Made by a program: the position numbers and the translations under genes. A stretch of DNA of 64,000 nucleotides from Mytilus californianus (taxonomy: Eukaryota). This document shows positions 26,209 through 37,700 of the stretch, piece after piece (the first letter of the stretch is position 1; every line of letters begins with the position of its first letter). The notes under the pieces were generated by a model, which saw only the letters and a program-made list of their open reading frames with translations, ran no database searches and was not told where the DNA came from. The DNA lies in NCBI RefSeq assembly GCF_021869535.1, contig NW_026262582.1, forward strand, positions 34,782,001 to 34,846,000, written 5' to 3'.

Positions 26209-26744
26209 CTCTTTAAAAATATTTTTTGACTTGACAGACAAAATGGTTGTTGTCTCATCTATAAATATCGCTTATAAATAGACGTCTTGCCTTTAATTAA
26301 GAAAAAAAAATTGTTTTTAATTCAAATTAATATTTGAATTCAATAAAAGTTTGTTCAATTTTTCATCGATTAATTTTCTGCATTTAAAACAGAAAACGTA
26401 TGCAGCAAGTTTGTTTTAGATTTTAATCATAGTTTATGCTTTCCAACCCGATAATGGCACCGATAGTGAAATATAATATATCGATTATTATTGTTTCTAA
26501 TTGAATACTTCAAAATGACTTGACCTTTAAAATCAAAATTGATGACAATGTAGTCATACGGCAGTTATTATAAGATTTGTTTTCCTAATTTAGTTAGCGT
26601 GAAACAATTTCTTCAAATTATTAATGTCACCTGCCCAGTGTGCTCTTTGTTTTCCCTATGAAGAAAAACAAACAAAAAAGAAAACAACCTGAAAAAAAAA
26701 GAAAAAAATAAGTTGCCGGATGTTGTGATCTAATCATAACATTA

Positions 26745-26780
26745 GGGAGCTGCCATTTGAATTTTATGGGAAGGGGGAAA

Positions 26781-26815
<35 letters not shown>

Positions 26816-27021
26816 CTGGCTAGGATGAAAAATTTGTCCTGCATTTTTTTTAGTTGTAATCTCTGTCCTGCCTTTTTTTTTTAGTTTATCCTGACTTTTT
26901 TTTACATAAATTGTCATCCTGCCTTTTTTTTTTACTCAAAACTCCTGTCCTGCCTATTTTTTTTCAAATTTCATCCTAGCCCCCCCCCCCCCCCCCCCCT
27001 AAAAATCAAATGGTAGCTCCC
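26745..27021. mobile_element. PIF/Harbinger-type (Tourist-like) MITE with G/C homopolymers
   Basis: TIRs GGGAGCTGCCATTTGA / TCAAATGGTAGCTCCC, TTA duplicated on both sides. Confidence 0.7.
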
Positions 27022-28621
27022 TTAGGCCACAGTTGTTTACAGATGTTCAATCTCACAAATCGATTAGGAAGATATAACTACAGGCAACAAACTTAAAACT
27101 GAGGGAATTGCATGAATAAACCAGGCGAAATCACGTGTGATGACAGGGTAAGCGTCTCTTGCTATGCTTACATCATCCGTTTTACGAATCCACACTCAGT
27201 CAAAATATCACAATGGGGAATAAGACATAACCGATAAAAGAAAGGCGAAAGATACCAAAGTGACATTCAAAATCATAAGGTAAGCAGATCATGCTCCACA
27301 TGTCACTATCTTTCAATATCTATAAGAAAGTTTTGAAAAAATATACATAAAAAGCAGTAAAACCGTGTCATGAACACTGAAGCCTTATTGGACATCGCTT
27401 CTTTTGACAAGGCCGCTCTAACCTTTCTAACATTGTTGGTTTGTAGTCATAACGAGTGATCTACTGCAGTTCACTGGTTTTAACAACGAAGGCAAAAGAA
27501 AGAATGACTCTATAACAACCAACACTACCTGTGTTGTCAATTTTCATAGAAATGAAATGAAAAGCACAGAAAATAAACAACAAACATACGTTTTATTATT
27601 GAAAGAATTGAACATTTGAAACATTGACCTCTCCTTGTCACCAAATGTTCATTCTACTCTGCAATATTTTTCAAAGGTGGGAAACTACAACATCTCCTTT
27701 GTTTTTACAGCCATGTTTGTACCCGTTACAGCTGCTTGTGCAACTTCCTGTCGATTAATGGGGAAATTTATTTTAGTCTATCATGATACTTGCCTCATAC
27801 ATATTGTTCTCAAAACTTCTTGATAGTATTTAGTTTTCCTGCTACTGTTTCGATAAATGAGTACAGTTGGTCATGCGGTTGTACCATCACCTGATATGTC
27901 TAATGTTTTCCTGCACTTTGTATATACATATTCAAAATGCAGAAATTTATCAGAAAGAGAAGTATATGATTTTTTTTACCGTTATATATCCCTTTTTTAC
28001 TTAATCTTTTCTAGATATTTGACCCAGAACTGTTTAATTATTTGAAAGGAAAAAAGTCTATTTGTGAAGAAAAAAATGTACAATTTCTAAACTGTCAACG
28101 TATATTTGTTCAGTTTAACTAAGTTTCCCTAGAATATACATGTATAAACATATAACAAAATGGTTTTCTTGATCGTACAGAAAAAACATCTGGATATTAT
28201 TTCGTTTTAGTGTCTTTACGGGCTGCATCACATTTCTTCACTGTCAATAAATTGAGGTGCAAAACATCAAATATTATTGTATGAATAGATGTAAAACAAA
28301 TGTGCACACGACATTAGACTGCAATAAGCGGCTATTACAAACAAATTCGCGATTAACATATATTGTTCATTACACCTTCTATAAATATTCAAGAACAATT
28401 TGTTCTTGTTTCCTGTTTGATACAGAGCGGGAAGCTGTTTCACATAACACTCGTAAGGTGCACGCACTCATAACATGTATAAAGTGAATATAAGTGAATA
28501 TGAATATATGTATATGATGTGCATATTCATGAAACACATGCTATTGTATTTGCATATAAATTTTGACAAAACTGTCAAATAATCTGAAATGTAATGATGT
28601 AGAAGCGTTTTTAGTAGCTGA

Positions 28622-28720
28622 TCAGTAACGCATTTTCATTGTCGTTTCAATTCTTTTACTATTTCCTGGCGCCATTGTATGATTCACGTTTCCTGTAACT
28701 CTAGTTCTTTTGCTGTATTG
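28622..28720 (-). CDS. Metalloprotease exon 20: cytoplasmic tail QYSKRTR...MKMRY-stop
   Basis: ttttacag acceptor, phase 0, TGA at 28624-28622; AATAAA on the minus strand at 27772-27767 and 27597-27592. Confidence 0.7.
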   Translation of the reverse strand, partial: QYSKRTRVTGNVNHTMAPGNSKRIETTMKMRY

Positions 28721-31700
28721 CTGTAAAATACATAGTAAATGCTCATTAATATATGCTATTAGGTATATCAGCAGTCTTACCTTCCTTCATTACATAAACA
28801 TTACAGAAACGATTTTTTATTCTTAAAAAAAAGTGTTCGTAAATCAATTTTCATGATAAATATGTGATTGGAATATCATTGACAACAATGAAACTTTGCA
28901 AGTTTCATACCAAAATGAAGGTGCAATCATTTAACGGTATGGTTCAAGTTATATTAAGAACAATGTTCAATATTTAACAAAATTAAAGAGTCTTTTCTCA
29001 TTCTGGTGTTTACCTTCTTGGCCTCTACATCTTCAACTTTTGCCCTCCGTAATTTTTTCCGGCAAACTACGATACAAATAAGGACTACAGATATCAGAAC
29101 CACAGCACCTACTCCTACTGCTATCAGAACTGTATCTATATATAAAAATGAGACAAAATAATGAAAAAGTATATAAAGATACAAAAAGAGATCGTTAAAA
29201 CAAGGATGCAGAAAGAGAGACAACACAAATGACAGAAGAAAAATATGTGTACACATAAAATAGTCTACATAGCACTACTCAGATAACTAGCAATAAAATA
29301 CAAAGAAGGCATCATAAACAATATAAATGAAGTAAGATATAGTTGTTTCCGAAAGGTAAGCAAGTCCATCTCCATTTTGGGCTCCTGTGGTGTTGCTGTC
29401 ATTTATTAATCAAGTCATATGACGTACTCCGGGATAACAATTTACATGGATTAATTAATTATTGCTTGTTTAACGTAATCCTACTAATTGGTAATGCTAA
29501 TACAGAAATATTCACATGATTCACAATTATTGAAAAGAGGTAGACACAACAAACGGGACATATATTTCTGAGGCCAAAATAATATTTTAATCCAATATTT
29601 ATGTAAACACATTATTATTGATTGGACGTCATATTTTTTCATGCGTAAAATCAACTGTTTACCCATCTTTAATCAAGCGAAGCCGCCATTTTGAATTCTA
29701 GAATTCATTTATATGTAATTCCTTCAATAAATGATACAATTATCAAGTTTTTTGTTACATTTTTTTTATAAAGATTCCATCCAATATGAAGAGTACACAA
29801 ATATTTAAAACGTCTGGCGCCTACGTTTTGCACTTAGTAACTGTGTTGTATTTTACATTGGACCTACGTTAACTTGGTTTAACTGTCGCAAATATCCATT
29901 TACCCATCTCCGCTGCGTAGCTGTATAAACTCAATTTCAAACAATTAACATATACTTAATATAGTTCAAGCTTAAAATACAATACAGGTAATTTCTTATC
30001 AAATTGAAATAAAAAGTAAAATTAGTACATATTTCAGAGATTCATATTAAGAAAACTTAAAATTAGGTGATTACAGATAAAAATATTTTCTTACCATGTT
30101 GCCTTGAATCTTTTAAAATCCTCGTTGTGTTGGTTGTTAATAACAATGTTGTACTAGGATGTCTTGCAGTATGGTATGAAGTATTTATCTTTAATGTCGG
30201 ACTGTTTTTCGAGGAGGCCGCCTTTGTCGTCGTGGTTTTCGATGTTGTTGACGGTCTACTTGTTGTAGTGGTTGTCGACATTTGCGTAGTTTTTGTTGCA
30301 ATTGTTGTTGTAGGTAATGTTGTTTGGGTTATTTTGGTCGTTGTAGGTGTTGTGGTCGTTGTAGGTGTTGTGGTTGTTGTAGCTATTGTGGTCGTTGTAG
30401 GTATTGTGGTCGTTGTCAATGACATACTTGTTGTTGGGGTTATTATTGTCGTCGGTGTTGTGCTTGTAGTGGAAGAGGAAGTAGTTGTTGTTGGAGGTGC
30501 ACATGATGCACAACACTCTGTTGGTACGGCTGGACAATTATAAGGAGCCAATCGCATCATGTCCGCACATGACCAACCACTACTGAACACTTTACCTTTT
30601 TTATCGCCGAACAAACAATTATCTATACAATAGAATTGTTTTATATTATATATCACAACAGTAATCACTAACATTAAACAACCCAAATTTATGCTGTTTT
30701 GTTGCTCGATCTTTAGTGCTTTATGTGGTGTTTTGTTGTCTCTTTTGTCTTTTGTGGGTTTTTTCCTCGCTTATACATGCTGTTGTGTTTTTTTCGACTG
30801 ATGGATTGTTTGATAAATAAAAGATAGCGCTGCTCTTGATTAAATTTTTGTACGCTTTTGTATAGAGAATTATAATATAGGCAAATATTAAGACAAGCAT
30901 ATGCTTATGTTTCATTTCATTGCTTCTGTTATTGAATGTTTAGTTTTTTATGTAGCAACATTGTAGAAGCGCCTGCTTATGGAGTAAATATTCCAATTGA
31001 TACGGTATTCAAGAGCATGCATTTCCTATCATGATTTTCTTGTTAGAGGGTTGCTGCTTCCATGGGAAGCTATTGAACCAATAGTTCAAAATGATGAATT
31101 TGAAATCATCCCTTCGAACATTTTATGGATGCCATCACGAGAAGGTTGGTCGTAATAGAATGCCTGTATCATAGATGACGACGGATGTATTCTAATTGTA
31201 ATAACCACAATCCCGACCTATTTTCCTCGAATGTGACCTACCGAATTCGATTAATCACTTAGTTTTAACTTACTTGAGCACGATGAAAACAACAGGTCAC
31301 TACTTCAGCAGGATCTGCCTACCCTTCAAGAGGACATGTTATCACTCCCGGGTTTTGTTGGGTTTGTGTCTCCGGTTTTGATTTTTGATGTTGTGTTTTG
31401 TATACTGTTGCTTGTCTTTTTTTTTCCGTTTTTCACCATGACATTGTTTTCGACTCTAGTTTGGATGCCATTTTGGTATCTTTCGCCTCTCTTTTAATTC
31501 TTATTTTGAGGTTTTTGTTGAAAATATCATTTCGTTTCGTGATGCGTACCTGTAGTCTTTCATCTCAAGCACACGTATTGATATAAAAAAAATTCTGTCA
31601 GATGCGTTCAATATTTAAAAAAACAAATTAATACAATAATAATTAATTACTTGCAAACATGCTGAGGAATTGGTGTATTAAAATTTAGGACTGTAACTAT

Positions 31701-34700
31701 CACAAAGATACATTGATAATAGCAATCACCAAACGCCGAATTTTATTTAATTTTTTTAATATTTAACCTATATGTACAAATCAGAAGTCGAAACCCCATT
31801 ATTCCATATCATGCTCTGTGTATGTTAATATAATGCATGTAATAAATCAATTCGAGAAATTCATGTATAGGTTAAATAAGTTACCATAAGAATACAATAC
31901 TAATAATAAAGATCATATATTGTTTTACTATCATTTAACTATTGAAGCTTGGCTGCAGTAGTTATCAAAGATTTAAAAGCACAGTGACATACATTTTAAA
32001 AGGGATTAAAAGAATTTTTAATCTCCAATTCACACTTATAGAGTGGTATGTTTGTTCTCAAATAAATGATTATAGAAAATCTTTATGCTGACAACTTACC
32101 AATGCCTGTTGGTGCTTTCGCATCGAAAGTGCATGCTCCGTCGACACACCACTTGAAAAAATAACATTTTTAATTATTTACGTGTGTCTCGTCTCCTCAA
32201 CAAGAATCATACAAATCATTCACACGGATTAAAAATAAGGGGAATACCACATGCAATATCATTCTAATTTTATTTCATTTGGAAATCTCCAACACTCAAA
32301 CTTGCAGACTATTACATTTTGATGTAAGAAGTATTGTGCATGTGAGTCAATAATTGCCGCAACTTGATTTATAATAAAATTTCTATCATCATTGGTCAAC
32401 ATTTTATCAGATGATACGTCACATACATAACGATTGTTTTGCCATCTATTCAAAATAATAAATAACTATTGGCAATATCAAACTGACACTTGTATCATCT
32501 TATCAGGCAATATCACAAAACAACACTTCGACACAAAGATAACAAAAAATATTTGTTTATAGAAATTACCGTACTATAATTACAGAATATAAGAGACAAA
32601 TGTCCGCTGTGTCGAAATAATTTTCAGATAAATGATTATTCATCGTACTGCATATATACTGCCATACACAGTGTAATATTTGGTATAACGTTACCATATT
32701 CTAAGCATCAACAACATTACATGTAAACTTGTTACATTTGATAAAACATTTACCTTTTTGTTGCCACACTGAGTACCTTCCTCAGCTACTATTGCGTTAC
32801 AGGACTTTGGATTAGATGGATCTTTACAGTACAATTTTCCACATATAGATGCAAAATTTCCTTTATACAATCCCTAAAACAAGATTCAACTCGTTATGTT
32901 AATAAATATAGAAGTTTCATGTATACTAGTACAACAAAACGATACACATAGCAAAACAAAAACATTCCCCGTTTGTTTCCATTCCCAATTTTATTAATAT
33001 ATAGTTACATCCCAACTAATTCTGCGTATAATTTGTAGTATTTGGCCAGATTAAAAAATACATTCAATCTTATGGCCAATCTTTACACTTAGTAAACCTT
33101 CTCCTTTAGTCATGAAAACAGAGCTCAAATTCATAATGCAGCTAGAGAATAACATACAAATTCATAGTCATCGGACATCAAGTACACCTTGGGATAAACA
33201 GTTGACTAGAAAAAAACCACAGAATTTCCCCAATTATACCGAACATTGTTGATGTGGTCTCATATTTTAAGATAAAGAGGGGATACAATTCAATAAACAC
33301 ATCTTTATACATGTACCCTGACCCTCGCCCATCAAGTAATATGAATATGTGAAAGCTTTTATTTCATAACAAGTCCTTCATTCGAAAATCAGTATCATTT
33401 TGTCTTGTTTCCTTTTTCATGTTAAGTTGTTTCATGTTTGTTTTTATTTTAATATATTTTTTTTTATATTATGTTTTTTTCTCTTTGTTATTTTTGTTTC
33501 GTTGCCTTTTTTGTTCTCTTTTTTTTTTTAGCTCTAGCTGTGTTACACGTTTTTTTGTCTAATTCATTCTTAAAGCAAACATCGCTAATGTGTAACATCA
33601 ATTAAATAATTCAAATATGTACATTTTGAAGTTTGTTTGAAAGAAGATATGAATTCCCGACAAAAGAAAAAAAAATAAGGTGATGATTTTACACTTGACA
33701 TGTCTTTGCGAATATGTGAAGGCGTTTGAAAAGAAAAGTCCGTATAACTGTTCGCTGCGGAATGACGGAATGACACAATGACATAATGACGGAATGACGG
33801 ATACGGGGTAAAAGTGTATAGCCCGACCACTTTGTGGCGGGGCCATAAACATTGCATGATTGTTATTGACAGATACCTAATATGCTTAATTGATGCATTC
33901 AACAAATAAAGCTCATTCAATGTACACCCTAACTAACGACAAGTAATATTCGTCAATCAATAACAACTGCCCTCACAAATAATCATAAAATAAAATAATG
34001 ACTATGAAGTTGTTTTGTCTTTTTTTACTTACCCTGCATAGTTCTGAACTGTTTCCATAAATATGCCTACACTGGGTGTCTGGATCGTACATCTGTCCAG
34101 CTGTTAAATATTTATTTAAATTTTAAAAAATCAGTTTTATTCAATCACAACTGAAAATTATTCAGGTACAATTGCAGAGCAAAATAGCATCAAACACTAA
34201 TCACATAAATTATTTGATTACTGTTCTCATACCTGGTTGCAATCACTGAAGATATGTACCACTTAAATTGCACCACAAAATGAGATACAAGAACAAATGT
34301 GCAATTTTAGGAAAGTGTTGTGTCTCGGTTAAGACATTCTTAACATTTGACGTACAACTGAGTAAAAGACAATGTTGTGGAAAAAAGTATAACAAAAGTA
34401 CCAAAGTAAATTCAAAAAGAGTGAATTCCATACAAATTGACAAAATCAAACGTTAGACTTTATCAACCGACGGAAAGGATAACAGACAACTAGCATATTC
34501 CTTGGAAGAGACATTTGTCAAAGAAAATTGTGGGTTTAACCTGGTTTTATAGCTAGCTAATCCTGACACTTGTATGACAGTTGTTTATAGTTCCGTTATA
34601 TTTACAATGACAATAACATTGAGAATCCCAGACAGACATAATAGGTAAATGTGACAATAATTGGGATCTACTAGCCAAAACTGTGTAAACGTACATCACA

Positions 34701-37700
34701 GACATATAACACAACTGACTAAAAAATTCAAACAAAAATACAAACAAATCTAACAAAGACGCTAACAAAAATGTTTTAGTACTTGATAGTGAAATTGACA
34801 AAGACGCCAACAAAAATGTTTTAGTACTTGATAGTGAATTTGACAAAAACGCCAACAAAAATTTTTTAGTACTTGATAGTGAACTTGATAGTGAACTTGA
34901 CAAAGATGCCAACAAAAATGTTTTAGTACTTGATAGTGAACTTGACAAAGACGCCAACAAAAATGTTTTAGTACTTGATAGTGAACTTGACAAAGACGCC
35001 AACAAAAATGTTTTAGTACTTGATAGTGAACTTGACAAAGACGCCAACAAAAATGTTTTAGTACTTTATAGTGAACTTGACAAAGACGCCAACAAAAATG
35101 TTTTAGTACTTGATAGTGAACTTGACAAAGACGCCAACAAAAATGTTTTTGTACTTGATAGTGAATTTGACAAAGACGCCAACAAAAATGTTTTAGTACT
35201 TGATAGTGAACTTGACAAAGACGCCAACAAAAATGTTTTTGTATTTGATAGTGAACTGGACAAAGACGTCAACAAAAATGTTTTACTACTTGATAGTGAA
35301 CTGGACAAAGACGTCAACAAAAGTGTTTTACTACTTGATAGTGAACTTGACAAAGACGCCAACAAAAATGTTTTAGTACTTGATAGTGAATTTGACAAAG
35401 ACGCCAACAAAAATGTTTTAGTACTTGATAGTGAATTTGACAAAGACGCCAACAAAAATGTTTGAGTACTTGATAGTGAATTTGACAAAGACGCCAACAA
35501 AAATGTTTTAGTACTTGATAGTGAATTTGACAAAGACGCTAACAAAAATGTTTTAGTACTTGATAGTGAACTTGACAAAGAGACGCCAACAAAACTGTTT
35601 ATGTACTAGATAGTTAATTTGACAAAGACGCCAACAAAAATGTTTTAATACTTGATAGTGAATTTGACAAAGACGCCAACAAAAACGTTTTAGTACTTGA
35701 TAGTGAACTTGACAAAGACGCCAACAAAAATGTTTTAGTACTTGATAGTGAACTTGACAAAGACGCCAACAAAAATGTTTTAGTACTTGATAGTGTATTT
35801 GACAAAGACGCCAACAAAAACGTTTTAGTACTTGATAGTGAACTTGACAAAGACGCGAACAAAAAGGTTTTAGTACTTGATAGTGAACTTGACAAAGACG
35901 CCAACAAAAATGTTTTAGTACTTGATAGTGAATTTGACAAAGACGCCAACAAAAATGTTTTTGTATTTGATAGTGAACTGGACAAAGACGCCAACAAAAA
36001 TGTTTTAGTACTTGATAGTGAACTGGACAAAGACGCCAACAAAAATGTTTTAGTACTTGATAGTGAATTTGACAAAGACGCCAACAAAAATGTTTGAGTA
36101 CTTGATAGTGAATTTGACAAAGACGCCAACAAAAATGTTTTAGTACTTGATAGTGAATTTGACAAAGACGCTAACAAAAACGTTTTAGTACTTGAAAGTG
36201 AACTTGACAAAGAGACGCCAACAAAACTGTTGATGTACTAGATAGTGAATTTGACAAAGACGCCAACAAAAATGTTTTAGTACTTGATAGTGAATTTGAC
36301 AAAGACACCAACAATAATGTTTGAGTACTTGATAGTGAACTTGACAAAGACGCCAACAAAAATGTTTTAGTACTTGATAGTGAACTTGACAAAGACGCCA
36401 ACAAAAATGTTTTAGTACTTGATAGCACATACATAGTATATACTTCTCGATAAAGTACAAATTAGGTAAAATATAAAGACAAGGGTAAACAAAATAAAAA
36501 CAACACTATAAAACCCTCTTGCGTCAGCATTGCACATCTGAACCCATCTGCACCAGGAAAGACCAAGGCCAAAAACCCTATAGCAGCGATAATTCTTTTT
36601 CAAATAAGATAAATAAACAGCAAAAAATGATGGGTTTTTTTTCTGAAATCATGAAACTTTGATACATATGAATCATTTCCAAATGAATTGTTTCATAAAT
36701 TTATGTAAATTTATATACGTTTAGAAGGTTTTCCAAAGGTTTTTACATACAATAAACACTTGTGTTGATCTTTTGAAATACAAAAGTTAAGTTAATCTAC
36801 TCAAAGTATACAAATGTAAAAAACGGACATAGTGAGTAAATATCCAAAAGTTGGATCACATCTATCTCATAAAGTTGCACACGAAGGTATGTGTTTTATA
36901 ACATATTTGAATAGATCAGGTAATACATCACTATGTATGATTTAGATTTTTTTTTAAATCATCGTTGGATCAAAACTGTATCGTAGGCTCTGAAATTTGT
37001 GGATGTTTTATTGCCGTTTTTGTAATATTTACTGAATTTCGACATTTTTTCTATCATTTTTTTGAACTAGATAGAATGTTAGAAAACTTCCAAATGACCA
37101 CTTTTAAAGCATATGTTATTGCATGTAGCAACACCAAAAGAATCAAAGAGAATCATTATAACCTTGAAGAAAACAACAAACTGTGAATAAAATGAATGGT
37201 GGTTACCAATAAACATTGTACAAAATTTAAACACAATTTACAAAAATGTGTTGAATTAAAAATTTAAAACATAACGACACAAAACTTACCATTAGATACA
37301 GGCGCATTTGCATCGTGCGTACATACACCATACACACACCACTATACAATAAAAATAAATGTTTTTGAGAGTCAATTTAAAACGAATTTCGACATGTCAT
37401 CAAATATAACTATATATGTATTTAAGTACATTACATTTTATATAACTAACAGCCTCACACGTGTGTCCATATCGCCAAAACATTTCCACTAAGCTCACAG
37501 GTGTTTTTTAAATCACTTATCGCCCAAACATGTCCGACTATTTTTCGCAAACGCGTTTGAAATATAAACTTACTAAATCATGTTGAAACGTCAGTAAAGT
37601 TGTCTGTTATCTGATAATAAATAAATTTGGTGTATTTACTGTCTTCTGACTGGTTAAAAGTATTACCTTTATTTTCAATGTTGTCAATTTTTATGGCGAC

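Noticed and set aside
26627-26917. Poly-proline ORF
   Set aside because: Translation of the G homopolymer in a MITE.
30067-30543. 158-aa Val-rich plus-strand ORF and 93-aa Asn-rich ORF 30256..30537
   Set aside because: Antisense and alternate-frame shadows of the Thr-rich stalk exon.
34553-36460. Ser/Leu-rich ORFs of 165-198 aa as a mucin-like exon
   Set aside because: Produced by a 45-bp satellite; broken by a stop and frameshifting 2-nt insertions; no convincing splice sites; exons 14 and 15 already join in frame.
36500-36580. Possible extra Cys-containing protease exon (LVFPGADGFRCAM)
   Set aside because: No credible donor and no cysteine pattern matching a module.
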